Below, one piece after another: positions 22,120-32,591 of a DNA stretch of 64,000 bases. Source of the DNA: Anaerolineae bacterium (GTDB taxonomy: Bacteria > Chloroflexota > Anaerolineae > UBA1429); the NCBI GenBank assembly GCA_963675785.1, contig OY776562.1, forward strand, positions 3,136,001 through 3,200,000, given 5' to 3'. Both the position numbers and the translations under genes were made by a program. Each line of letters starts with the position of its first letter. The stretch's first letter is position 1. The notes under the pieces are model-generated. The model ran no database searches. It had not been told where the DNA came from and saw nothing but the letters and a program-made list of their open reading frames with translations.

Positions 22120-22232
22120 GGAGAGTCTCCCAAAGGGTTCTTCGCCATTAACTGGCTCGGCTCGATGTTGTTAGGACCTGCTCAGGTGCTGCGGTTCTCC
22201 GTCCGATTGACCTTGTCCCTAGGCCACCGACC

Positions 22233-23810
22233 TTAAGAGGAGAACCGCCTGAGTAGCGGCAGCTCGTAACTATCGAGTAGAGCCTGAAAACTCGCTTCGA
22301 TGATGTTTACCGAGCAGCCAACGGTAGTCCACGTCGTCTCGCCATTGGTGGCATCGATCATGACGCGGGTGAGAGCGCCGGTGGTTGCTTCTGGATCCAA
22401 AATACGTACTTTGTAGTCGTGCAGGTGCACAGGTTCCAACTCGGGATAATAGGGCAAAAAAGCTTTGCGCATAGCCCTGTCCAGGGCATTCACGGGACCG
22501 TCGCCTTCGGCGGCAGTGTGCATAGGGTGCCCATCGACCAACGCTTTGACGGTGGCTTCGGCCAGCACCTCGGTGTTGCTGCGCTTTTCGACCCTCACCA
22601 AGAAATCGAGCACCTGAAAGGGAGGTGCATAGTCGGCTTGGCGGCGGCGCACCAACAGTTCAAAGGAACCTTCGGCGCCTTCGTACTGAAAGCCTTGGCT
22701 TTCGCGCACTTTGAGCTCTGAGGCGAGGGTGCGTACGATTTCGTCGTCAAAGTCCAGCCCCATGTTTAATTCGTTCAATTTAGCAGAGACGTTGGCCCGC
22801 CCCGCTAGTTCGGAAACCAGGATGCGTTGTTGATTGCCCACCAGTTCGGGTTCGACATGCTGGTAGCTCTGGGCCGATTTGGCCAGGGCGTTTACGTGCA
22901 GACCAGCCTTGTGGGCAAAGGCACTGCGTCCCACATAGGGTTGGTGATCGTCGGGGCTCATGTTGGCGATCTCAGCCACATAGTTCGACGTCTCGGCAAG
23001 CGTATGCAAACTATCAGCGAGCAATGCTTTGCACGCCATCTTGATTTCGAGACCGGGGATGACCACGCAAAGGTTGGCGTTACCGCAACGTTCGCCATAG
23101 CCGTTGATGGTGCCATGGACATGCGTGGCGCCGGCTTCTACGGCGACTAGCGTGTTGGCGTCGGCCATGCCGCTGTCGTTGTGGGCATGCATACCGAGCC
23201 GGGCCTCGGGCAGTGCTTGGTGCGTTTCGGAGACGATGCGGTAGACTTGGCCGGGCAACATGCCGCCATTGGTCTCGCAGAGTACCAGGCAGCTGGCGCC
23301 AGCCTCGTACGCAGCGCGGCAAGTCTCCAGAGCGTATTCGGTGTTTGCTTCATAGCCATCGAAATAGTGCTCTGCATCAAAAATCACTTGTAACCCTTGC
23401 CCACACAAATAGGCGGTGCTTTCGCGGATCATGGCCAAATTCTCTTCGGGCGTGGTGCGTAGTACATCATAGACCTGACGAATATCCGCTTTGCCCACAA
23501 TGACCGCCACGGGAGCACCGGAATCGATCATGGCCTTGAGATTGGGGTCATCTGTCACGTCAGAGCCAGGCCGACGCGTGCTGCCAAAGGCCGCCAACTT
23601 GGCGTGAGCCCAAGGCAGTTCGCGGGCGCGGGCAAAAAACTCGGCGTCTTTGGGATTCGAGCCAGGCCAGCCCCCCTCGACATAACTCACGCCCAGCTCG
23701 TCGAGCTTTTGGGCGATGCGCAGCTTGTCGACAACGGAAAAAGAGATGCCCTCGCGTTGCGCCCCATCGCGCAGTGTGGTGTCAAGGATTTCAACGTGTT
23801 GCCTGCTCAT
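22233..23810 (-). CDS. cimA: Citramalate synthase
   Basis: DTTLRDGAQREG, EGGWPGSNPKD, FDAEHYFDG, FAHKAGLH, DYKVRI; start placed at MSRQHVE. Confidence 0.9.
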   Translation of the reverse strand: MSRQHVEILDTTLRDGAQREGISFSVVDKLRIAQKLDELGVSYVEGGWPGSNPKDAEFFARARELPWAHAKLAAFGSTRRPGSDVTDDPNLKAMIDSGAPVAVIVGKADIRQVYDVLRTTPEENLAMIRESTAYLCGQGLQVIFDAEHYFDGYEANTEYALETCRAAYEAGASCLVLCETNGGMLPGQVYRIVSETHQALPEARLGMHAHNDSGMADANTLVAVEAGATHVHGTINGYGERCGNANLCVVIPGLEIKMACKALLADSLHTLAETSNYVAEIANMSPDDHQPYVGRSAFAHKAGLHVNALAKSAQSYQHVEPELVGNQQRILVSELAGRANVSAKLNELNMGLDFDDEIVRTLASELKVRESQGFQYEGAEGSFELLVRRRQADYAPPFQVLDFLVRVEKRSNTEVLAEATVKALVDGHPMHTAAEGDGPVNALDRAMRKAFLPYYPELEPVHLHDYKVRILDPEATTGALTRVMIDATNGETTWTTVGCSVNIIEASFQALLDSYELPLLRRFSS

Positions 23811-23826
23811 ACATGCGACTCCAGAT

Positions 23827-23859
23827 TGTGTCACGCCCCCAGCACGGGGGCGTGACACA
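23827..23859. repeat. 14-bp perfect stem-loop just 3' of ilvC, no U-tract
   Basis: TGTGTCACGCCCCC-AGCAC-GGGGGCGTGACACA. Confidence 0.85.
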
Positions 23860-23868
23860 GGTTGATGT

Positions 23869-24897
<1,029 letters not shown>

Positions 24898-24922
24898 TTA
24901 CCGTGCGGATGCTGCCTGTATG

Positions 24923-25417
24923 CTAACCGTTCGTGATACCCGACAAGCCGCGCACCATGCCCATACTGCCGGTGCGTGAAATCTCTTTGATGCCAAAGGG
25001 TCTCAAGAGATCGATCAGCGAGTCGACCTTATCCTGTGTGCCGGTGATCTCGATGATCATGGATTCCAGAGCCACATCAATGATCTGGGCACGATAGATA
25101 TTGGCCAGGTCATGAATCTCGCTACGCGTACCCGGTTTGCAGTGCACCTTGATCATGGTCATCTCGCGAATCACTGCCGCATCATCACTGATGTCGCTCA
25201 CTTTGGTGACGTTGACCAGACGGCGTAGTTGTTTGATGATCTGCTCGATGCGGTCGTTATCACCGAGAACGACTACGGTGAGACGTGAGATCCCCGGTGT
25301 CTCTGAATGCCCGACAGTAAGACTTTCGATGTTGAAATTACGCCGCCTGAAAAGGTTGACAACATGACTCAAGGTGCCCGGCTTGTCTTCCAGCAGGACG
25401 ACGAGCGTTCGTTCCAT
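24923..25417 (-). CDS. ilvN: Acetolactate synthase small (regulatory) subunit
   Basis: DKPGTL..V..LF.RR.FNIESLTVG; alternative start at 25444 overlapping the ilvB stop. Confidence 0.95.
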   Translation of the reverse strand: MERTLVVLLEDKPGTLSHVVNLFRRRNFNIESLTVGHSETPGISRLTVVVLGDNDRIEQIIKQLRRLVNVTKVSDISDDAAVIREMTMIKVHCKPGTRSEIHDLANIYRAQIIDVALESMIIEITGTQDKVDSLIDLLRPFGIKEISRTGSMGMVRGLSGITNG

Positions 25418-25440
25418 GTAGGGGCCTTCTATGATTGCGC

Positions 25441-27132
25441 TCATGCCTGGTCTCCTTTGCCGGAACGGCGGATCATCTCATCGATGGCCTTGCCGACGGG
25501 TACAATGGGAAAGACATTGTGCTCCCGTTCGATGCGAAAATCGATGAGGGCGGGGCCTTTTACGGCGATCGCTTGCTCTATCGCCGAGACGACGTCCTCT
25601 TTGCTCTCCACGCGGAACCCAGGAATGCCATAGGCCTGCGCCAACATGCAAAAATCGGGCCCAAGGAGCGGTGTGCCCTCATAGTTGTGATCAAAAAAGA
25701 GCTCTTGCCATTGCCGTACCATACCGAGAAAGCCATTATTGAGCAAGGCGATCTTGATGGGGAGTTTTTCTTGTACCACGGTGGCCAGCTCTTGCAGTGT
25801 CATCTGAAAGCCACCATCACCAGCAACTACCCACACCGGGGCATCTGATCGTCCCATGGCTACGCCGATAGCGGCGGGCAGGGCAAAGCCCATGGTACCC
25901 AAACCGCCCGAAGAGATCAGGCCGCCAGCGCGCAAGTGTTGATAGTACTGTGCTTCCCACATTTGGTTCTGCCCCACGTCGCTGATGACGATAGCTTCGC
26001 CCTTGGTGGCCTGACTCAAAGCCTGCATCACATACTGGGGAACCAGCTCGTTGGATTCTTGCCAGCCCTTTTCACGGGATTGGGTATCTACTCGCCAGGA
26101 TTCGATCTGCGTTATCCAGGCTTCATGAGAAGAAGCGGGCACCAGCGGCAGCATCTTTTCCAACACATCCTTGGCGTCACCCACGATGGGCAGATCGACG
26201 CGAATGCGCTTGCCAATCTCAGCTGGTTCGATGTCCATATGGATGATGCGCGCCTTGGGGGCAAAGGTGCCAGCCGTGCTGGTCAAACGGTCATCAAAGC
26301 GCGAACCGATGGCCAGGATCAAATCGGCATTCTGCAGGGCCATGTTGGTATAGCTCTCGCCGTGCATACCGCCCATGCCTAGGCAGAGCGGACTGTTATC
26401 CGGTATGAGGCTCTTGCCCAACAAGGTGGTAACGACGGGGATGTTGGCTCGAGTGGACAGTTCGCACAGCAGGTCCTGAGCCCCAGCGACGAGCACGCCT
26501 CTGCCGGCTATGATGATCGGCTTGTCCGATTCGGCCAGCATATCCACGGCCTGGTGAATTTGCCGGATGCTGCCACGCGTGTGCGGCTTGTAGCCAGGCA
26601 GCGAGATGGTTTCAGGATAGATGAACTCGGTCAGGGCCGTTTGCACATTGACGGCGATATCCACCAATACAGCGCCAGGGCGTCCCGAGCGAGCGATGTA
26701 AAAGGATTCCCGCAGGGCTTCGGCCAATTGATTGATATCAGTGATGAGATAGTTATGCTTGACCACGGGCATGCTAATGCCGGTGATATCGACTTCTTGA
26801 AAGGCATCCGTGCCCAATTCGGGTACAGACACCTGCCCGGTGATGGCTACAATGGGCGATGAATCCATCTGTGCGTTGGCGATGCCGGTGATCAGATTGG
26901 TTGCGCCGGGCCCCGAGGTGGCGATGCAAACGCCCACCTTGCCCGTGGCGCGGGCAAAGCCATCGGCAGCGTGTGCCGCGGCTTGTTCGTGCCGCATGAC
27001 CACCTGCTTGATGGGGTAGTTGCGCATCTCGTGAAACAGCGGAATGACTTTGCCGCCGGTAATCCCGAAAACCGTCTCTACGCCTTCACGAACCAAGCAC
27101 TCCCAAACGATTTGGGCTCCGTTCAACTTCAT
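25441..27132 (-). CDS. ilvB: Acetolactate synthase large subunit
   Basis: RHEQAAAHAADG, TSGPGATN, DAFQE, GDGGFQMT..ELAT, GMVRQWQ. Confidence 0.97.
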   Translation of the reverse strand: MKLNGAQIVWECLVREGVETVFGITGGKVIPLFHEMRNYPIKQVVMRHEQAAAHAADGFARATGKVGVCIATSGPGATNLITGIANAQMDSSPIVAITGQVSVPELGTDAFQEVDITGISMPVVKHNYLITDINQLAEALRESFYIARSGRPGAVLVDIAVNVQTALTEFIYPETISLPGYKPHTRGSIRQIHQAVDMLAESDKPIIIAGRGVLVAGAQDLLCELSTRANIPVVTTLLGKSLIPDNSPLCLGMGGMHGESYTNMALQNADLILAIGSRFDDRLTSTAGTFAPKARIIHMDIEPAEIGKRIRVDLPIVGDAKDVLEKMLPLVPASSHEAWITQIESWRVDTQSREKGWQESNELVPQYVMQALSQATKGEAIVISDVGQNQMWEAQYYQHLRAGGLISSGGLGTMGFALPAAIGVAMGRSDAPVWVVAGDGGFQMTLQELATVVQEKLPIKIALLNNGFLGMVRQWQELFFDHNYEGTPLLGPDFCMLAQAYGIPGFRVESKEDVVSAIEQAIAVKGPALIDFRIEREHNVFPIVPVGKAIDEMIRRSGKGDQA

Positions 27133-27175
27133 CGCATTCCTCCAGTTGGGCGTGAGTCCATGATTTCGCTCCTCA

Positions 27176-28870
27176 TTAGCGGGTCATATCGGCGTAAAAA
27201 ACTGCGCCGGTGTCGGCCGAACTGACCAATTGCGAATAACGGTTGAGATAGCCGCGTCTGATCGTAGGCTCGAATGCGCCCAAGGCCTCAATACGGGATG
27301 CCATCTCTTCTTCTGAAAGTTCGACGGTGAGGACATGATTGGGAATATCGATGACGATCATATCGCCATCCTGCAGGGCGGCGATTGGGCCGCGGGCGGC
27401 TGCTTCTGGTGAGATGTGGCCGATAGCCGCACCGCGCGAGGCGCCGGAGAAGCGTCCATCGGTGAGAAGAGCTACTTTGTCGTCCACACCCATGCCCGAG
27501 AGCAGTGAGGTGGGCGTGAGCATCTCGCGCATTCCCGGGCCGCCTTTGGGGCCTTCGTAGCGGATAACGAGCACGTCGCCGAGTTCGAATTTGTGTGCCA
27601 TGATGGCGCTTGTGGCCTCTTCTTCCGAATCGAAAACGCGAGCCGGGCCGCGATGCTGCATCATGCTGGGGGCCACTGCTGCACGCTTGACCACGGCGCC
27701 TTTGGGAGCCAGGTTGCCAAAGAGAATGGCCAGGCCGCCAGTGGGCGAGTAGGCATTATCTGGTGTGCGGACGACGTTGCGGTCAATGCAACAGTAATCG
27801 GGTGCCCAGGGCGAACCTACGGCCAGATTTTCACTTATGGTCATGCCAGTGCAGGTGAGACAATCGCCATTCAGCAGGTCGATACCGGCCAGCTCGGCCA
27901 GAATGGCACCGATTCCGCCCGAATAGTAAAGGTCTTCGATATGCTGCTCGCCAGCGGGGGCCAGCTTGCAGATATGGGGCGTGGTGTCAGAGAATTCGTT
28001 CAATAGGCTGAGATCAAAATGCTGGCCCGCCTCATTGGCGATAGCCAGCAGATGCAGTACTGAATTAGTAGAACCACCCATGGCCATATCGGTACGAAAA
28101 GCGTTCACAAAAGCCTCACGGGTAAGGATGGCAGAAGGACAGATATTCTGCTCAAGGAGCTTCATCACCTGCATACCCGCTTTTTTAGCCAGTACCAAGC
28201 GTTCGGAATTGACGGCGGGGATGGTGCCGTTGCCGGGGAGGGCCAGACCAAGGGCTTCACAGAGGCAAGCCATGGTGTTGGCAGTGAACATGCCCGAGCA
28301 AGAGCCACAAGTGGGGCAGCAGGCGCACTCGATGCGATTGACCTCTTCCATCGACATGGTGCCGCTGCTGGCAGCGCCGACGGCCATAAAGGCGCTATTG
28401 AGGTCAAGTATTTCTGTGCCGCGGCGACCGGCAAGCATGGGGCCGCCCGTCACCATCACAGCGGGAATATCCAACCGAGCCATGGCCATAGCCATGCCGG
28501 GGATGATCTTGTCGCAAGAGGGCAGCAGGACGATGGCATCAAAGGCATGGGCCTGCACTACAGTCTCTACCGAATCGGCGATGAGCTCTCGCGAGGCCAG
28601 TGAATATTTCATGCCCTGGTGGCCCATGGCAATGCCGTCACAAATGGCGATGGTATCGACTTCAAAGGGGGTTCCGCCAGCCATATACACGCCAGCTTTG
28701 ACGGCCTCGGCCATCTGCCGCAGGTTCATGTGGCCGGGTACGATCTCGGAATAAGAGCTGATAACGCCTATTAGCGGGCGGTCGAGTTCTTCTTGTGTGC
28801 GGCCAAGCGCTCGGATGAGGGATCGGTGTGGGGCGCGTTCCAGCCCACGGGTTACAGCATGGCTTCTCAC
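27176..28870 (-). CDS. ilvD: Dihydroxy-acid dehydratase
   Basis: [52 protein letters not shown]. Confidence 0.97.
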   Translation of the reverse strand: MRSHAVTRGLERAPHRSLIRALGRTQEELDRPLIGVISSYSEIVPGHMNLRQMAEAVKAGVYMAGGTPFEVDTIAICDGIAMGHQGMKYSLASRELIADSVETVVQAHAFDAIVLLPSCDKIIPGMAMAMARLDIPAVMVTGGPMLAGRRGTEILDLNSAFMAVGAASSGTMSMEEVNRIECACCPTCGSCSGMFTANTMACLCEALGLALPGNGTIPAVNSERLVLAKKAGMQVMKLLEQNICPSAILTREAFVNAFRTDMAMGGSTNSVLHLLAIANEAGQHFDLSLLNEFSDTTPHICKLAPAGEQHIEDLYYSGGIGAILAELAGIDLLNGDCLTCTGMTISENLAVGSPWAPDYCCIDRNVVRTPDNAYSPTGGLAILFGNLAPKGAVVKRAAVAPSMMQHRGPARVFDSEEEATSAIMAHKFELGDVLVIRYEGPKGGPGMREMLTPTSLLSGMGVDDKVALLTDGRFSGASRGAAIGHISPEAAARGPIAALQDGDMIVIDIPNHVLTVELSEEEMASRIEALGAFEPTIRRGYLNRYSQLVSSADTGAVFYADMTR

Positions 28871-29047
28871 GATGGTTCACTCCTTATCGCTGCAGAGGCG
28901 TATATATGGCTCATTCCGATTATTGGAAGAGTTCACTCTCGCAGCAGCGCGGAGTAGACAGAATCAAATCTGTCTGGGGGTCAACTGGCGTTGTTGACCT
29001 TGGTACCTGGGCCGCTTCAATGCGGCAGGAATGCACGAATCAGGTAT

Positions 29048-29082
29048 AAAAAAGAGCCTCACCCCTGGCTGGGGGAGGCTCT
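29048..29082 (-). terminator. Attenuator terminator in the ilv-leu leader
   Basis: Minus strand AGAGCCTC-CCCC-AGCCA-GGGG-T-GAGGCTC-TTTTTT, between the leader peptide and ilvD. Confidence 0.88.
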
Positions 29083-29105
29083 CCTTGCGTCAACAGGTCT
29101 TGGCT

Positions 29106-29201
29106 CTAACGACCCTCGCTCCCAACCAGCACTGGCCCCTCAATAATGAGGAGCTGTACTAGAACGAGAATCATAAAGAATGCTGCAACCAAGTTAGACA
29201 T
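29106..29201 (-). CDS. Leader peptide of the ilv-leu-thr-phe operon, 31 aa: MSNLVAAFFMILVLVQLLIIEGPVLVGSEGR
   Basis: Manual translation; 6 Leu, 3 Ile, 5 Val, Phe-Phe; lies between a promoter and a terminator; AGGA upstream. Confidence 0.85.
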   Translation of the reverse strand: MSNLVAAFFMILVLVQLLIIEGPVLVGSEGR

Positions 29202-29234
29202 GTATTACAATCCTAATCGTGCGAACTTGCCGAC

Positions 29235-29263
29235 ACCATAACACACCCGGCTGGCATTGTCAA
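29235..29263 (-). promoter_or_regulatory. sigma70-type promoter for leader + ilv-leu operon
   Basis: Minus strand TTGACA-N17-TATGGT with extended TGn. Confidence 0.75.
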
Positions 29264-29354
29264 CTCGCAGACTGACAAGTGCATGTTGTTTTGGTTGACA
29301 GGCTATGTGCATACGTGGTATTCGTCTTGAGCCGTTCTTTTCGTTAGGAGATAT

Positions 29355-29627
29355 ATGAAACGAACTTTGCAGATTCATCCATCTGATAATACTGTGGTGG
29401 CCCTGGAAGACATTCCAGCAGGAGAGACCATTCAGGTGAATGGATGCGAGCTAACTGTTGTGGAGGATGTGCGCTTTGGCCACAAGATTGCCATTGCCCC
29501 CATCGTCGCCGGCGAACAGGTTACCAAATACGGTGCCAGCATTGGCTTGGCTACGCAGCCCATTGCCGCGGGCGAGCATGTGCACACCCATAATCTGGTG
29601 AGTGTGCGAGGGAGTGCAGCCTCATGA
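29355..29627 (+). CDS. UxaA/GarD-family dehydratase small subunit (SAF domain)
   Basis: DNTVVAL, FGHKIA, KYGASIG, GEHVHTHN. Confidence 0.9.
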   Translation: MKRTLQIHPSDNTVVALEDIPAGETIQVNGCELTVVEDVRFGHKIAIAPIVAGEQVTKYGASIGLATQPIAAGEHVHTHNLVSVRGSAAS

Positions 29628-30787
29628 TAGTCGATACGTTTATGGGTTACCCACGCCCTGATGGGCATGTGGGTGTACGCAATTTGGTGGCGGTAATCCC
29701 TTCTTGTGGCTGCGCCAACCATGCTGCTCGACTGATTGCCTCGGCTGTGCCCGGGGCCGTCTTGATCGATTATCAGGGTGGTTGCAGCCAGACCGAGATG
29801 GACCTGGGCCTGGCTATGCGCATTTTGACGCAGATGGGCCAGCACCCCAACGTCATCGGCTCGGTGGTAGTGAGCTTGGGCTGTGAATCGCTGGATGCTC
29901 ACGGGCTGACTGAGCAGATCGGCCGGGGATGGGCACCCTGTGAGCTTGTGGTCATTCAAGAGGTGGGTGGTACTCGCGCGGCCGTGGAACGTGGCTGCCA
30001 ATACGCACGAGAGATGGCTCAGCAGGCTATGCAAAAGCGCCAGCCTTGCCCCGCCTCTTCTTTGCTGGTGGGCCTGGAGTGCGGTGGCTCGGACGCTACC
30101 TCGGGGCTGGCGGCCAACCCGGCGGTGGGCGCTTTTACCGATCGCCTCATTGCTCAGGGAGGCTCTGCCATTCTCTCAGAGACCAGCGAGTTGCTGGGAG
30201 CAGAGCACATTCTCTCTAACTTGGCGGCCAACGATGCTGTGCGCAAGGCCATGCTGGCCATCGTCAAGCGGGTAGAGCTTCAACTCAAGGCCACGGGCGA
30301 GGATTTGCAGGGCAAGCAGCCCAGTCCCGGCAATATCGAGGGGGGCATTACCACGGTGGAAGAAAAGGCCCTGGGCGACGTGCTCAAGGGTGGTTCTTCG
30401 CCCATTGTGGATGTGCTCGAGTACGGCGAATTGCCACGCGTCGCCGGCCTTTCGTTTATGGATACACCGGGCAATGATCCGGCTTCGGTGACGGCCATGG
30501 CTGCTGCGGGCTGCCAAATCGTCACCTTTACCACAGGGCGCGGTACGCCTTTGGGCAATGCCCTGGCCCCCGTGCTCAAGATCACGGCCAATGGAGAGAC
30601 CTACCGGCGTATGGGTAGCGATATCGATATCGATGCCAGCAGTATCATCAGCAGCCAGGCGACCATTGCCGAGGTAGGCCAGTGCATCTATGAGGCTGTG
30701 CTGGCTGCAGCCTCGGGTGAGCCGACCAGCGCCGAATTTGCCGGACATAATGAATTCGCTATTGTGCGTAACGGGCCTACTTACTGA
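29624..30787 (+). CDS. UxaA/GarD-family (altronate-type) dehydratase large subunit
   Basis: GY.RPDG.VGVRN, LGCE, ECGGSD..SG..ANP, PSPGN..GG.TT.EEK, FTTGRG; ATGA overlap with small subunit. Confidence 0.9.
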   Translation: MIVDTFMGYPRPDGHVGVRNLVAVIPSCGCANHAARLIASAVPGAVLIDYQGGCSQTEMDLGLAMRILTQMGQHPNVIGSVVVSLGCESLDAHGLTEQIGRGWAPCELVVIQEVGGTRAAVERGCQYAREMAQQAMQKRQPCPASSLLVGLECGGSDATSGLAANPAVGAFTDRLIAQGGSAILSETSELLGAEHILSNLAANDAVRKAMLAIVKRVELQLKATGEDLQGKQPSPGNIEGGITTVEEKALGDVLKGGSSPIVDVLEYGELPRVAGLSFMDTPGNDPASVTAMAAAGCQIVTFTTGRGTPLGNALAPVLKITANGETYRRMGSDIDIDASSIISSQATIAEVGQCIYEAVLAAASGEPTSAEFAGHNEFAIVRNGPTY

Positions 30788-31626
30788 TCTGAGAGCATCT
30801 CTCCTAGGCCATAAAAGCGAATAGCATTGTCCCCCAGGATGTCAGAGGCTGAGGGACCTTGATCAGCACAATAATCGGCAATCACATCGATGACCTGGGC
30901 ATAACTGCCGGCCAGGGTGCACACCGGCCAATCCGAACCCAGCATCAAGCGGTCAGGACCAAAGGCGTCATAAACGACATCGATATAGGGCCGCAGGTCA
31001 GTGAGCTGCCAATGCTGCCAATCGGCTTCGGTCACCATGCCCGAGAGTTTGCAATATACTGTCGGGGCTTGGGCCAGGCGGCGGATATCTTCTTCCCAGC
31101 CGTTCATTGCCCCCAAGGCGATGGGCGGCTTGGCCAGATGATCCAATACAAAAGGTTGATCGGGGCAGAGATCAACCAGTTCAGAGGCGGCTTGAAGCTG
31201 ATTGGGTCTCACCAGCAGGTCATAAGTGAGACCGTAGCTACCCAATAGCTGGACACCCCGCACGAAATCGTTCCCCAGTATGAAATCTGTTTCGGGTTCG
31301 TCCTCCACCACGTGGCGCACGCCAACGAACTGTCTCTCTATGCTAAACAGTTCCAGTTGCTCTTCCACCCTGTCAGAACGCAGGTCAACCCAGCCCACTA
31401 CGCCTTTGATGAAATCATACTTGTCAGCCAATTCCAAAAGCCAACGCGTCTCTTCCAGCGTTTGGCGAGCCTGTACGGCTACGGTGCCACCCATATCCAG
31501 AGCTGTAAGCAGTGGATGCAAATGCGCAGGTAGGTAATCGCGCTTGAGTGCGTCCATCTTGGCGCCCATCCAGCTGTATTCTTCATCATTGTAGTGCCAA
31601 AAATGCTGATGTGCGTCGATTTTCAT
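30781..31626 (-). CDS. Amidohydrolase-family sugar lactonase (L-fucono/L-galactono-1,5-lactonase-like)
   Basis: IDAHQHFW, VAVQA, GVRH, LDHLAKP, CKLSG, GSDWPVC. Confidence 0.88.
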   Translation of the reverse strand: MKIDAHQHFWHYNDEEYSWMGAKMDALKRDYLPAHLHPLLTALDMGGTVAVQARQTLEETRWLLELADKYDFIKGVVGWVDLRSDRVEEQLELFSIERQFVGVRHVVEDEPETDFILGNDFVRGVQLLGSYGLTYDLLVRPNQLQAASELVDLCPDQPFVLDHLAKPPIALGAMNGWEEDIRRLAQAPTVYCKLSGMVTEADWQHWQLTDLRPYIDVVYDAFGPDRLMLGSDWPVCTLAGSYAQVIDVIADYCADQGPSASDILGDNAIRFYGLGEMLSDQ

Positions 31627-32588
31627 GCTCTGGCCTCCATAGCGCCGTCGTCGAAATTTTCGGGTAGACCCGACTGCCAGGGGATGTTTTTGACCGGCCC
31701 GAGGATGGCAACAACGCCCGCCAACAGTTCGGGGTCTGGGGTGATGCCCACGTTGGCAATATTCTTTTCCACATGACGCGTTTTGCTCATGCCCACCAGG
31801 GTGGTGGCGGCGCGCTCGTAGCCCAGGGCATATTGCATGGCTAGATCGGCAATATCCACGCCGCGCTCGTGGCAATAGACGGCTGCCTCGCGCCCGGCTT
31901 GGATGACCGATGCAGGAGAGGGGTGCCATTCAGGTGCACCCTTTTCGGTGAGCACGCGCATGTGTAATGGCGAGGCGTTGATCAGCCCCGGCCCCTTTTC
32001 TTCGATTAGCGAACCCAGGCGGTTTTCTAAAGCGTCATCGAGTAGATTATAGCGGCAATAGGAGAGCACCGTATCCACTTCTGAGGCTTCGATGAGGTCC
32101 TTTAGTATGTTCAGTCCATAGCCAGTGACGCCCACGAAGCGAACCTTGCCGGTCTCCTTGAGGCGCAGCATGGCGGGGATGGTTTCGTTCAGGATTTGCT
32201 CTTTATGGCCAAACTCGACATCGTGAATCTGGTAGACATCGATATGATCGGTCTGGAGGCGCATCAGGCTCTCTTCGATGGAGCGAACCACGCGCTCGGC
32301 GGAAAAATCAAATCCGTCGGGCAGTGCCTGGTCATAACGACAGGCTTTGGTAGCCCAAATTACCTGGTTGCGATGTCCTACCAACGCCTCGCCGAGGCGG
32401 GTTTCGGCCAAGGTACGGCCGTAATAAGGGGCTACATCGAAATAGTTGATGCCCTGATCAATGGCTGCATGTACGGCACGAACACCTTCGGCGGGATCGG
32501 CGGCGCCGAACTCGTTTCCCAACGGCGAAGCGCCATAACCTAAAATAGATACATCGAGACCTGTTTTGCCTAACGTTCTATAGAGCAC
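31623..32588 (-). CDS. Aldo/keto reductase, L-galactose/L-fucose (D-threo-aldose) dehydrogenase-like
   Basis: LGYGASPLG, YFDVAPYYG...AE..LG, QIHDVEF, LSYCRY. Confidence 0.85.
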   Translation of the reverse strand: MLYRTLGKTGLDVSILGYGASPLGNEFGAADPAEGVRAVHAAIDQGINYFDVAPYYGRTLAETRLGEALVGHRNQVIWATKACRYDQALPDGFDFSAERVVRSIEESLMRLQTDHIDVYQIHDVEFGHKEQILNETIPAMLRLKETGKVRFVGVTGYGLNILKDLIEASEVDTVLSYCRYNLLDDALENRLGSLIEEKGPGLINASPLHMRVLTEKGAPEWHPSPASVIQAGREAAVYCHERGVDIADLAMQYALGYERAATTLVGMSKTRHVEKNIANVGITPDPELLAGVVAILGPVKNIPWQSGLPENFDDGAMEARA

Positions 32589-32591
32589 GTT

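Noticed and set aside
28994-29013. GGTACC in the ilvD leader as a possible T-box
   Set aside because: No GGTGGNACC antiterminator bulge or Stem I, and it lies downstream of the terminator; the leader peptide explains the terminator.
28919-29035. 38-codon GTG-started ORF in the ilvD UTR
   Set aside because: No RBS and no enrichment of relevant codons.
30781-31929. Long N-terminal extensions in ORF-track calls (lactonase, pfkB, nadB, cimA, FAD oxidoreductase, CHAT)
   Set aside because: They overlap upstream genes, hairpins or promoters; downstream starts match RBS positions or family N-termini. No evidence for frameshift or fusion.
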